From: Fibrobacterales bacterium
GTDB lineage: Bacteria; Fibrobacterota; Fibrobacteria; Fibrobacterales; JAOPTW01
Assembly: GCA_051532035.1 (NCBI GenBank)
Contig: JAOPTW010000022.1
Span: 1-39,175, forward strand
Length of the DNA stretch: 39,175 nt
Reading direction: 5' to 3'
Part shown: one piece after another, positions 25,564-34,967 of the stretch
How positions within the stretch are numbered: position 1 is the first letter of the stretch
Layout of the letters: every line of letters starts with the position of its first letter
Position numbers and translations under genes: made by a program
Notes under the pieces: model-generated
Databases searched by the model: none
What the model was told of the DNA's origin: nothing
Seen by the model: the letters and a program-made list of their open reading frames with translations, nothing else

Positions 25564-27645
25564 CTACCTAAAAACCTCTCTTACCACAACAACTCTACTT
25601 GGCGAAAACATCGACCGAGCAGACTCCCCATTAAACAGTCCCAAGTTTCGGCCACTCAAATCATAGAGCTGAAAAGTACCTTCTCCCAGTGCCTTAATTG
25701 GTGTTATAGCAAAGGATGAAATTATTGAGTTCTGAGGCGCATGGGGAACGTCGATCGCAATAATCGTATCAATACTGATCAGAGAATCAATACCATCGTG
25801 ATCAATAGTACCACTATCAACCACAGTAGAATCAGTATCGGGCACAATTATTGCCACAGAGTCTTCCGTTGCAACACTATCTACCGGTTGTTCAAGCACC
25901 ACATCATTCGGCACCTCCACAACCGGGTCCACCGGAACCTCTTCGCCTGTAACAAACCCATTCCTAATCCACGTATTAATATTCTCTGTTGCAAAAGCAC
26001 TGCTCCAGTTCTTTTTATGCCGGTTACGTACCTCTGCGATAAAAGCAGTAAAGGTCGCTTCTTTCCCAAGAGAAGCCATATAGCCTTCGATATCCCGTGT
26101 TGGATCGAAGAATGAAGGCTCCGTATCAGTGGCCCCTTCATCTCCACTGATTACCGACCATTCGTCGAGGGTGTGTGTCTCTTTAACTACTTTAAACCAC
26201 TCGTTACGAGGGAGGGTATTGTAATAGTGGTTTTTTATTAATGTGTAGTTTAAGACATCAGCACCCCCATGACGAATGAGCGAACCGGCTCCACCCTCTG
26301 AATGGAGGGTATTGTTACTCAACACCATTGAGTCACACTCTGCGCCATTTTCAATGTAGAGCAATTGTCGCGCATTAGTCAATCCATAGACAATGTTACT
26401 ATCAAGAGTAACATTTCGGCTCGTTCCTTGTAGATTAAATCCCCATACATTGGTTACGACAGGGTTTGTATTATGTAATAGATAATTCCCTTTTACAAAC
26501 CCTCCATCCCAATCATTGATATCGATATACCATCCGAGTGTCCTATTGGTCGGTTGTCCCCGGCCCATGTCGAGCATAACGTTATTGGTCAATTCCACAT
26601 TTTTAAATCGGTATCCACCATCGTCATTATTACCCCCAATGCTCATAGCAATTTCACCTTCAACATAGAGGTTGTTATCAATAACAATATTTGAAGCACT
26701 TCCTTCCCCATTGTTAGCAGTAAACTTATTGCCGATACTCGACGCTCTTAAAAAGATATTATCTCGCATAACGACGTTGTGTGGATTGGCAAAGTAGGTG
26801 TTGTGATTAAACATGGTTGCTTGCCCCTCAAGCTTTTTATTCCCCTTCCCCACTTGTTGCTTATACCACCCATTATGATCAAATACACACTCTTCTAGAG
26901 TCACCCCTATGCCCGCTATATAAAAACCTTGGCTATGAGATTCCGTACTATAGTTATCAAGTATAACTGTTCGACGAACAACGATATCATCAAGGGTTCC
27001 CCAGGCCTGAACAGTATTGCCGGTATAGAAACGAAATCGACACCCTTCAATGAGCATTCCCGTCCCCGTCCATGTATCTCCCACAAAAACTTTAAACCCA
27101 CCAGAACCTTCACCACTGATATAGTCTGAATCATCAGGGTTACGGGTATGGGCGTAAAAGTCAAGATCTACAAAGGCTACATTATTAAAATTCTTGCAAC
27201 AATACCCAATCCCTCCGCCTTTACCTGTTTTCAGGAGTGGTCGTTCCTGTGCTGAGCCGTATGAGGCGTACAGAAAAGGGGCATCTTTGGAGAGACCACT
27301 CATTTTTTGTAACCCCTCATTAACCCAGACATCACCCCTCTTTAAAAGAATCCAGTCAGGTTTACCCGATCGTACTGCTGCAGCAGCAGCTTTGATGCTC
27401 TTAAAAGGCTTCACCTGTTCTGTTGGCAAGAAAGGATCGGTCCCTATAGCGGCATCCGTAGCTCCATAGACTGAACCAGTAGCATCATCACCACTGGTGC
27501 TCACATACACTATTTGAGTTTCGGTATGAGGTGTAAAGATTGTCCAGCCATTTGCATCCCGTGGCAGGGTATTTTGGGAAAATGATGTGACCGGCAAAGT
27601 AATACAGATCAAAAAAAGGTATAGGGGTATGACAGACAATTTCAT
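25564..27645 (-). CDS. Secreted right-handed parallel beta-helix protein (pectate-lyase-like fold; probable polysaccharide-active enzyme) with T9SS-like tail
   Basis: Start revised to ATG 27645 (GGAGG RBS, Sec signal). VYVSTSGDD...PFKSI, ILLKRGDVW, YASYGSAQERP, Asn-ladder repeats (IEGCRF, LEECVFDHNG, MRDNIF, IDNNLY, LTNNVM); V/D/T linker; tail QLYDLSGR. Confidence 0.72.
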   Translation of the reverse strand: MKLSVIPLYLFLICITLPVTSFSQNTLPRDANGWTIFTPHTETQIVYVSTSGDDATGSVYGATDAAIGTDPFLPTEQVKPFKSIKAAAAAVRSGKPDWILLKRGDVWVNEGLQKMSGLSKDAPFLYASYGSAQERPLLKTGKGGGIGYCCKNFNNVAFVDLDFYAHTRNPDDSDYISGEGSGGFKVFVGDTWTGTGMLIEGCRFRFYTGNTVQAWGTLDDIVVRRTVILDNYSTESHSQGFYIAGIGVTLEECVFDHNGWYKQQVGKGNKKLEGQATMFNHNTYFANPHNVVMRDNIFLRASSIGNKFTANNGEGSASNIVIDNNLYVEGEIAMSIGGNNDDGGYRFKNVELTNNVMLDMGRGQPTNRTLGWYIDINDWDGGFVKGNYLLHNTNPVVTNVWGFNLQGTSRNVTLDSNIVYGLTNARQLLYIENGAECDSMVLSNNTLHSEGGAGSLIRHGGADVLNYTLIKNHYYNTLPRNEWFKVVKETHTLDEWSVISGDEGATDTEPSFFDPTRDIEGYMASLGKEATFTAFIAEVRNRHKKNWSSAFATENINTWIRNGFVTGEEVPVDPVVEVPNDVVLEQPVDSVATEDSVAIIVPDTDSTVVDSGTIDHDGIDSLISIDTIIAIDVPHAPQNSIISSFAITPIKALGEGTFQLYDLSGRNLGLFNGESARSMFSPSRVVVVREVFR

Positions 27646-27685
27646 GATGCCTCCATTTATGGTGTATGTATATGTTATGGTGTGG

Positions 27686-29155
27686 TTACTGACAATTATT
27701 TTGCTGAGAGAGCCAGTCACCTCCTGCGTATGCTGTAAGCCACGTTACACGGGCTTCTGATTCATTACACAAAAAGTTTTTTCCTACAACGAGTTTTTCA
27801 ATAGGTTTTAGGGTAGTTATTGCCTCAGGTAAACTAGTGAGATTATTGCTATACAAGTCCAGGTAAGTTAAGCGGGTTAATGCATCGATAGCAAAGTCAA
27901 TATCACCAATTTCATTAAAGGTTAACTGCAGGGTGTGCAGTGATGTAAGGTTGCTCATTGATTGTGGGAGCCTTGTAAGTTTATTATCACTTGCCCACAA
28001 CTCTTTTAACTGAGTGAGCGAGCCAATACTCTCGGGAAGTTGAGTGAGACCACATGAATAGATATCGAGTAATTCCAAAGTAGTGAGTTGTCCGAGAGCT
28101 TCTGGTAGTGAGTCTAATGGGTTTGCGCCTATCCCTAATTTTATAAGCTTTGGAAAGGTATAATAGCTATCGGGCAAGGCATGCAGTGCATTATGAGACA
28201 GTTTTAAATACTGTAAGTTTTTTAAATCTGCGAGAGCCCCAGGAAGTGTATCGAGTGCATTACTATCTGCAATCAAATAAGAAAGTCGTCTGAGAGTTCC
28301 CAACTCTTGTGGAAGAGTTGTTAACTGATTACTGGTGAGATCGAGTACATCAAGAAAGGTGAGGCGCTCAATAGCAGGATTCAATTGAGTCATCTGTAAG
28401 TTACGCAAATCCAATGTACGAATCCGGCCACCAGATACTTGAATAACACTATCAACAGATATTTCAGATAGAGTAATTGAGGCTTGCAAAAACTGTGACA
28501 CTAAAAGGGAATCGGCACTGTATGTCCCTACCTTTGGAGAATCCCATGTGGCTAAGGAAGGTGAAATATTATACAATACTTGTATTTCAGACGACACAAC
28601 AGGAGCGTGCTTTAACACTATCGAATCGCCACTAGAACCTTTAATAAGAATATCATAGGTTCCCTCGGCGAGCTTAGGGAAAAAGAACCCGCCATGGCTA
28701 TCGATAGAGCTTGTTAGATCTGAACCTTTGAGATAGACCTCTCCCCCATTCACACCAGGGATCGATCCTGAAAGTCCCCCTTTGGGAGTGAGAGAAAAGT
28801 TAAGGGTATCTGAAGAGGCATCGCCCACATCTATATTCTGCAGACGTGCACCGAGAGTATCTGCAAAATGAACCGTCACAGTATAATCAGTCCCTTCAGG
28901 AACTGAAAGTGAAAATGTTCCACTCACATCGGTAACAGTATCTTTTACCCCTTCAGTAGAATCATCTCCAAACTGAAAGTCTGCAGGGCGAATAGATACT
29001 TTTGCAGCAACAACAGGAACCCCCTGCTTTACAACACTCCCTGCGACAATAGCATTTCCCGAATCGGTAGTACCACCAGCAACGTCATCATTCAGAGAAC
29101 ATCCCGTAATGAGCAGTATACCAGTAATCACGAAAGAGAGAAAGTCCTTATACAT
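27686..29155 (-). CDS. Lipoprotein with two carboxypeptidase-regulatory-like (beta-sandwich) domains and C-terminal leucine-rich repeats
   Basis: Lipobox ITG-C then DVAGGTTDSGN; TVTDVSGTF and IDSHGGFFF...EGTY modules; about 10 LxxLxLxxNxLxxLP repeats; start overlaps the end of the upstream gene. Confidence 0.85.
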   Translation of the reverse strand: MYKDFLSFVITGILLITGCSLNDDVAGGTTDSGNAIVAGSVVKQGVPVVAAKVSIRPADFQFGDDSTEGVKDTVTDVSGTFSLSVPEGTDYTVTVHFADTLGARLQNIDVGDASSDTLNFSLTPKGGLSGSIPGVNGGEVYLKGSDLTSSIDSHGGFFFPKLAEGTYDILIKGSSGDSIVLKHAPVVSSEIQVLYNISPSLATWDSPKVGTYSADSLLVSQFLQASITLSEISVDSVIQVSGGRIRTLDLRNLQMTQLNPAIERLTFLDVLDLTSNQLTTLPQELGTLRRLSYLIADSNALDTLPGALADLKNLQYLKLSHNALHALPDSYYTFPKLIKLGIGANPLDSLPEALGQLTTLELLDIYSCGLTQLPESIGSLTQLKELWASDNKLTRLPQSMSNLTSLHTLQLTFNEIGDIDFAIDALTRLTYLDLYSNNLTSLPEAITTLKPIEKLVVGKNFLCNESEARVTWLTAYAGGDWLSQQNNCQ

Positions 29156-29999
29156 CCTTGCCTCCCTTCGCTATTTTTACCGATTTACTGACCGGAAAAA
29201 GTTCAAAATTAAGTTCATACACCATAGACGCGTTGTCGTTATCGGTAACAATCTGCTTAACTCTATCTTTAAAGGCATTAAGCTCTTCGCAAAGGGCTGC
29301 GTATTGTGGTTCTGAAACACCGAGTGTCATTGTTGATATATGGCGAACATCACGACTCATCTCTAAAGCGGCTCTTCCATGTTTGAGCATTGAGTCAGTA
29401 TATCTTCTCACAGCCATAGTCTGTATTGCACTATCCGCAATTACAGATTGATCAGTCTGTATATAACCACCAGAACTCTCTAGAGTTATAAGTCCCAATT
29501 CAAGTAATGTGTTAATAGCGTACTTAGCTTCGGATGCACTAATTGGAGGAATGATCATTGCTCCTATTTCACTTGCTTTAATTTTCGGATGACACAGAGT
29601 TATCAATTCACGAATGACCGGTGTGTACCAGTTTTTAAAATAGTCAAACTGGTTTGTTTGTAGTACCGTCTCTTTGACCACCCCTTTGAGAGAGCGAAGT
29701 ATTGCATAGTACTCACTCTTCTCTGAAGAAACCTTTGCTTGATTAAACAGCACCAAGTTTTTAAAATAGGTAGCTTCTTTTTCTGTGAGTTTGAGCGCCT
29801 TACTAAATTTATCAATCATAGGGCGAGTCAGATTTCTCTCCCCATCAATAACCCGACGCAAAAATGATGACGATGAAATACCTGCCGCTTGTGCAAAATA
29901 CCGATGAGAAAATACAGCGCTCTTCTTCTTTTGATACGCATAGTAATCTCCAAGATAAACTCGGTAATCAATGTATTCTGTAACAGCTCGTATTTCCAT
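29148..29999 (-). CDS. TIGR02147-family (Fibrobacter paralogous family, DUF4423) HTH protein
   Basis: EYIDYRVYL.DYY, FSHRYFAQAAG.SS..L..V..GERNLT, YFKNLVLFNQA, WYTPVIREL, RHISTMTLG, VYELNFELFP. ATG 29999 preferred. Confidence 0.88.
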   Translation of the reverse strand: MEIRAVTEYIDYRVYLGDYYAYQKKKSAVFSHRYFAQAAGISSSSFLRRVIDGERNLTRPMIDKFSKALKLTEKEATYFKNLVLFNQAKVSSEKSEYYAILRSLKGVVKETVLQTNQFDYFKNWYTPVIRELITLCHPKIKASEIGAMIIPPISASEAKYAINTLLELGLITLESSGGYIQTDQSVIADSAIQTMAVRRYTDSMLKHGRAALEMSRDVRHISTMTLGVSEPQYAALCEELNAFKDRVKQIVTDNDNASMVYELNFELFPVSKSVKIAKGGKDV

Positions 30000-30060
30000 A
30001 GGCCTAATATAGGATTTTATGACCAATAAAAAAGTACTTCTTCAGCAAACAGGCTACAAT

Positions 30061-30153
30061 CCGTGCACATTACGTGCGCAAACACCCTAATTAATCATCA
30101 TTTCAGGCAAATACATAACATCTACACTAAATACTGCCCAAACTACGTGCACG
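30061..30153. promoter_or_regulatory. Repeated CGTGCRC motif upstream of the TIGR02147 gene
   Basis: CGTGCAC at 30062, CGTGCGC at 30073 (11-bp period) and CGTGCACG at 30146, in an otherwise AT-rich divergent intergenic region. Confidence 0.45.
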
Positions 30154-30296
30154 ACCAATAAAGAGTATTTGCCACGGTAATTCTCTATTATTTCGATTCT
30201 AATAATTGCCCCATGAAAAACAAAGTTTCAAAGTGGTAGAGCCTTTTTATTATTAGATTTTCTAAACAGTTATAAAATGTATTTAAGGACCATCTA

Positions 30297-31328
30297 ATGA
30301 AAAAACTTTTAGCATCACTGCTCATCCCAGCTTCTCTACTCATCGCTCAGCCACAGCCAAGCACCGCACAGATTGAGGCTATGGAAGAATTTATTTACTC
30401 TTCTACCCAAGAGATCTTTCAGAAGAAAGAGTACCAGTATAGCCCACAAGCATTTAAAAAACCTTGGGATAAAAAGCCTGCCCACTCAAAAAAGGTGTAC
30501 ACTAACGCCTTAAAAACCCTCGATAAGAATGCAAAGGTCGAACTGGGAAAAGGCTTTTTTAATAAAAAGCGCATCACCTTTACCTCTGAGTTACCTAAGA
30601 ACTTTACCATAGATCAAGGCGACCTTGTTCTAGAAATATCTCAGTCTTCTATGAAAGACTCTAAAGGAGCTGAAGTACCCTTTAAAAAGAGCGGCATGGT
30701 GTCATTGGGCAATCGATCTTCGAGTGGTTTCAGTAAGGGAAAGTCGTATAATAACAATTGGATTCGGGTCACCTCAACGTTTGAATCGGATGTTCCCGCA
30801 AGCACTAAAGCCAAAGGAAGTGTTACCATTAATGCAAAATGTATCACTGGTCATAACATCTTAAAAATTAATGCTCTGAGCAAAGGTAAAGAACTTAAAC
30901 TTGGGTCTCACATTATTAAGGTTGTTGATGTTTTTAATAACAAAATAATTATTGATGCACCCGGACTTGATATGAGTGCATTTGATTTTGTGAACCTCGA
31001 TGCCAAAGGTAAAGAGCTTAAAAAAATTGATTTCCAAAGCTATTCAAAAAAAGTTGGTCCAGAGAAAGCTCAAGGATTTGGTGATGTTGCAGGAAAAGGC
31101 CTCGAAACCCTCGACCGTGAAATGTACAAAGCGTTTAGTGAAAATGCAGATATGTCATTTAAGACTTTTAAAAAGCTCTTTCATGAGCCCCTTATGAACC
31201 GTTCAAAAAACCATTCCAAAGCAAACCCTAACTACCTCGTTTTGGAAACAGCAGCACCAATTGAGACCGTATGGCTCTACTCTCCCAAATTTGGTGTTAA
31301 AAAAAGAATCATTAAAAAAATCAAGTAG
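30297..31328 (+). CDS. Secreted Lys-rich hypothetical protein (paralog 1)
   Basis: AAGGA RBS, Sec signal MKKLLASLLIPASLLIA; colinear similarity to the next gene. Confidence 0.75.
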   Translation: MKKLLASLLIPASLLIAQPQPSTAQIEAMEEFIYSSTQEIFQKKEYQYSPQAFKKPWDKKPAHSKKVYTNALKTLDKNAKVELGKGFFNKKRITFTSELPKNFTIDQGDLVLEISQSSMKDSKGAEVPFKKSGMVSLGNRSSSGFSKGKSYNNNWIRVTSTFESDVPASTKAKGSVTINAKCITGHNILKINALSKGKELKLGSHIIKVVDVFNNKIIIDAPGLDMSAFDFVNLDAKGKELKKIDFQSYSKKVGPEKAQGFGDVAGKGLETLDREMYKAFSENADMSFKTFKKLFHEPLMNRSKNHSKANPNYLVLETAAPIETVWLYSPKFGVKKRIIKKIK

Positions 31329-31348
31329 TATCCTTTGGACAGTTATGA

Positions 31349-31373
31349 GCTACTACACATCTGTTGTAGTAGC
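31349..31373. terminator. Stem-loop between the paralogs
   Basis: GCTACTACA-catctgt-TGTAGTAGC; no strong U tract. Confidence 0.4.
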
Positions 31374-31456
31374 CACTGTTCTATCTAAAGACCTCCCCTG
31401 ATATTTTCTGTAAATTAACTACATTTAGCACACACTGATGTAGCTTGAGATTTACT

Positions 31457-32512
31457 ATGAAAATCACCCTTCTTTTTACTTTATTAGCCTGTAACCTTCT
31501 ATTTGCCGGACCTAAATATGTCGTAGAGACTGAACGGACCCCTAAGCAAATTGCAAAGGTCGAGAAGTATATCTATGAGATCACCAAAGAGCTTTTTAAA
31601 AAGCCTAAAATGGAGTATCTTAAAAAAGAGTTTAAAGCGCCTTGGAAACAAGAGGCCCCTTATAGTAAAAAAAGTTTTAATAGAGCTTTAACATACCTGG
31701 ACAAACACTCCAAAGTATCCATTGTAGATGGGGCTTTTGGCAGAAAACGAGTCGTATTTGAAGGTGAGTTTCCCAAAAACATGACCGACCTTAAAGACCG
31801 ATTTTATTTGGAGCTGAATAAAACACGTATAAAAAACAAAACTCAAAAACGAATATCATTTAACCCTACAGGGATGACCAAATGGGGAGTACGAACCATT
31901 GCAGGTGCATCAGCTGGTGAGGCGTATAGTGATAAGTGGGAGAACATTAGAGTCGAGTTTCAGAGTGAGGAAAAGCCTGGCACTGACCTTTCTGGTGATC
32001 TCACTTTTAATGCTCAATTTATTACCAAATATGATAATGTTAAATTGACCAAAAAGAGCAAAGGTAAAAAGTTCACCTTAGGTAAACACTCCTACAGAGT
32101 GATATCAGTCAAACACAATAAAATTGTTCTTGAGACTAAAAACCGTGATCTAGAAAGCTTTGACTATGTCAACCTCAACAAGAGTGGCAAAGCCTATGTG
32201 CGTATGACCTTTGGTGAGCACCAGATTCGTGGTGGTCAAATCAAACCTCTTGCCTATCGAAAAGTTGCTCGTAAGCGTATTCAAACAGTAGACAAAGTGA
32301 TTTATAAAGCCTTTGCTAAAAAATCATCAATGAAATTCAAAAGATTTAAGCGTAAATTTGATGACCACATCTCAAATGCCTTAGAAAACGACAAAATAGA
32401 GTCCAATGTCTATATCGTATTGGAATCAGCGGCCCCGATTAATAACTTTTATATGTTCGCCCCTGTTTTTCAAGCTCACCAGAAAGTTGTACGGAGCGAT
32501 ATCTCAGAATAG
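31457..32512 (+). CDS. Secreted Lys-rich hypothetical protein (paralog 2)
   Basis: ATG 31457, signal MKITLLFTLLACNLLFA; shares IY..T.E.F.K, FK.PW, LDK..KV, E.PKN, FD.VNL, YKAF and LE.AAPI with paralog 1. Confidence 0.75.
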   Translation: MKITLLFTLLACNLLFAGPKYVVETERTPKQIAKVEKYIYEITKELFKKPKMEYLKKEFKAPWKQEAPYSKKSFNRALTYLDKHSKVSIVDGAFGRKRVVFEGEFPKNMTDLKDRFYLELNKTRIKNKTQKRISFNPTGMTKWGVRTIAGASAGEAYSDKWENIRVEFQSEEKPGTDLSGDLTFNAQFITKYDNVKLTKKSKGKKFTLGKHSYRVISVKHNKIVLETKNRDLESFDYVNLNKSGKAYVRMTFGEHQIRGGQIKPLAYRKVARKRIQTVDKVIYKAFAKKSSMKFKRFKRKFDDHISNALENDKIESNVYIVLESAAPINNFYMFAPVFQAHQKVVRSDISE

Positions 32513-32633
32513 CACTCAACTCTTCTTCTACCATCTACGTAACAAAGGTCAAAATCCTCATTTTATGAGTAATGAAGGCAGAGTAGCTGCAATTTAACTA
32601 TTTTTAGCATATTCCTTTAGTGACAGTAATCTC

Positions 32634-33152
32634 ATGATACCATTTCCAGAGCTCCGTGATCTTCCCAAATTAGCGAAACAATCAGCCAAATCTACCAAAG
32701 TACTGATTAAAAATTTCAGAAGTCGCCGCCCACCCAATCTCGATGAAGTGACTCATGAATTTCATGAACAAGCCTTTCAGCAAATTGACTGTCTCGATTG
32801 TGGAAACTGTTGTTCCAAACTCGCCGCTCTTGTGAAGTTTAAAGATATACGCCCCATAGCTATTGCCCTAGACATGGGTGATGGTGAATTTATGGCGGAG
32901 TATATCAGAAATGATCGTGATGATGGTGAAATGATTTTCAATGGCCTTCCTTGCCCCTTTTTAGAAAAAGAGGGATGTAACTGTACTATCTATGACAATC
33001 GCCCAAAATCGTGTCAAGCTTACCCATACACTGATACCAGCCGCATTATGAAACAACTCGGATTTATCCAACGTGATGCTGATGTTTGTCCGGCTGTCTG
33101 GTGGATTGTTGAGAATCTTAAAGTACACTACAAAGAACGTTATAAAAAATAA
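32634..33152 (+). CDS. YkgJ-family (CxxCxxCC) cysteine-cluster protein
   Basis: CLDCGNCC, PCPFL, CTIYDNRPKSCQAYP, CPAV. Confidence 0.88.
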   Translation: MIPFPELRDLPKLAKQSAKSTKVLIKNFRSRRPPNLDEVTHEFHEQAFQQIDCLDCGNCCSKLAALVKFKDIRPIAIALDMGDGEFMAEYIRNDRDDGEMIFNGLPCPFLEKEGCNCTIYDNRPKSCQAYPYTDTSRIMKQLGFIQRDADVCPAVWWIVENLKVHYKERYKK

Positions 33153-33389
33153 TGCATTCTCAATGGTTAGCGTTTAAAGTACCGATCAATACTATGTTGA
33201 TCTATACCCTTACGCTTCAACTCTTTTATCGCTAATTTTACCTGTTTTCCTGAGATATAATCAACGATAAAAGACAAAAAGCTCTACTTAATACCCTGCC
33301 CAAAGAGCTATACCTTCTCAAACTTGTATCCATTTCAGAGTTATATTCTCAATTTGTAGTACAACTTTGAATAATAAAACCACAATATA

Positions 33390-33418
33390 TTGAGTAATTT
33401 GCACAATTTAGCTATACT
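33390..33418 (+). promoter_or_regulatory. Sigma70-type promoter of the Fur/PerR gene
   Basis: TTGAGT-17 bp-TATACT. Confidence 0.55.
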
Positions 33419-33437
33419 AATATGTACAAAAATAATC

Positions 33438-33454
33438 TTTGTAATCATTACAAA
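33438..33454. promoter_or_regulatory. Per/Fur-type operator (autoregulatory)
   Basis: Perfect 8-1-8 palindrome TTTGTAAT-C-ATTACAAA, resembling the Per box TTATAATnATTATAA, between the promoter and the AGGAG RBS. Confidence 0.7.
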
Positions 33455-33481
33455 ATGTAATGAAACAAATAGGAGTCTAAT

Positions 33482-33937
33482 ATGATCGCATCAGTAGCAA
33501 GCATAAGCGAACAATTAAAAAAGCATGGTATCCGCCCTTCTCATCAGAGAATCAAAATCTATGACTACCTTGTTCGCATGAAAAACCATCCTAGTGTCGA
33601 TCAAATTTTCTGTGATCTTCGCGAAGAGATCCCAACACTCTCAAAAACAACTATTTATAGCACCCTTAAAGAGTTTTATAAAAACAAATTAGTACTCAGC
33701 CTCACTATTGACGATCAAGTTACTCGTTATGATGCTGACACTTCTGTGCACGGTCACTTCATTTGTGAAAAATGTAATGCGATTCATGACTTTGATGTGG
33801 ATCAGAAACTTCTGAGCTCAACATTAATGGACATTGTTGAAGTTAAAGAACACCACCTTTACCTTCGTGGTACCTGTAAGAAACATGTTAATGAGACTCA
33901 GACAACGCAAGTTAAAGAAGCGGTAGCCACTCACTAA
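33482..33937 (+). CDS. perR: Fur-family regulator, PerR-like
   Basis: GIRPSHQR, HPSVDQIF, TLSKTTIYSTL, RYD, HGHFICEKC, IHD; oxidative-stress gene context. Confidence 0.75.
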   Translation: MIASVASISEQLKKHGIRPSHQRIKIYDYLVRMKNHPSVDQIFCDLREEIPTLSKTTIYSTLKEFYKNKLVLSLTIDDQVTRYDADTSVHGHFICEKCNAIHDFDVDQKLLSSTLMDIVEVKEHHLYLRGTCKKHVNETQTTQVKEAVATH

Positions 33938-33969
33938 TTTCTATTCATACAGCATTGTTAGACCTATTT

Positions 33970-34008
33970 AAAACCTGAGAAGTGAACTTCTCAGGTTTTT
34001 CTTTTTTT
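33970..34008 (+). terminator. Intrinsic terminator after the perR-like gene
   Basis: 13-bp stem AAAACCTGAGAAG-tgaa-CTTCTCAGGTTTT plus T run. Confidence 0.85.
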
Positions 34009-34065
34009 GTACCACTTCAATACTTATATTGTTATCTACACAGCTCAAAATTGCTAGGAAGCACG

Positions 34066-34935
34066 ATGCCTTCTCAAGAGACAATTGCAAAGATTATCAA
34101 AGCTCAAGAAAATGAGATTACCGAATATCACATTTACCAAGCTATCGCTCAGTCTGTTTCGGACCCTAAAAACAAAAAGACCTTAAGAAGCATTGCCGCT
34201 GATGAACTGAGCCACTACAAATTATTGAAATCTATTAGTGGAACACCGGTATCCCCTAACCGAAGAAAAATTATTTTCTTTGTGATTCTTGCCAAAATTT
34301 TTGGTTTTACCTTTGCGATAAAACGACTCGAAAAAGGTGAAGGTGCCGCTCAAGTTAACTATGCAATGCTCAGAGATGAAGTACCCGATATTGAGCAAAT
34401 TATCCGAGATGAAGACCGACATGAGAAAGAGCTCATCGATATCTTGGATGAAAAGCGCCTCTGGTACATCGGCTCAGTTGTTCTCGGTATGAGTGACGCT
34501 ATTGTAGAGATGCTTGGGGCTTTAGCCGGCCTTACCTTTGCGCTTCAAAACTCGCAGCTCATTGCCCTCACTGCTACTATCACCGGTATTGCCGCTTCTC
34601 TCTCTATGGGTTCATCAGAATACATAGCTACGAAAACAGAAAATGACGAAAAGCACCCCGTACTCGCAGGCCTTACCACTGGTACCGCTTTTGTGATTAC
34701 CGTCTTTGCTCTTATCATGCCCTTCTATTTTTTAACTGATTACTATGCTGCACTGGGAATTTCAGTGGTTACGACCCTCATAATTATAGCCATCTTTACC
34801 TTTTACATATCGGTTGCAAAAGAAGTACCTTTTAAAAAACGCTTTTTAGAAATGTCTATTATGAGCCTCGGCGTTGCAGCAATTTCATTCGGCATAGGCC
34901 TCGTAGTTAAACAGTTTTTAGATATTGATATTTAG
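34066..34935 (+). CDS. Rubrerythrin/ferritin-like domain fused to VIT1/CCC1 iron transporter
   Basis: Start revised to ATG 34066 (AGGA RBS). Di-iron motifs ENEITE, DELSH, EKGE, DEDRHE; VIT1 motifs VLGMSDAIVE and SLSMGSSEY; five TM helices. Confidence 0.88.
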   Translation: MPSQETIAKIIKAQENEITEYHIYQAIAQSVSDPKNKKTLRSIAADELSHYKLLKSISGTPVSPNRRKIIFFVILAKIFGFTFAIKRLEKGEGAAQVNYAMLRDEVPDIEQIIRDEDRHEKELIDILDEKRLWYIGSVVLGMSDAIVEMLGALAGLTFALQNSQLIALTATITGIAASLSMGSSEYIATKTENDEKHPVLAGLTTGTAFVITVFALIMPFYFLTDYYAALGISVVTTLIIIAIFTFYISVAKEVPFKKRFLEMSIMSLGVAAISFGIGLVVKQFLDIDI

Positions 34936-34967
34936 TACACCCACAGTAATTTCAGCATACAAAACCG

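Noticed and set aside
27646..27720. Extension of the beta-helix ORF to 27720
   Set aside because: Overlaps the LRR gene; ATG 27645 has GGAGG and a signal peptide.
33982..34065. GTG start of the VIT1 gene at 33982
   Set aside because: Lies inside the terminator hairpin; ATG 34066 has an RBS.
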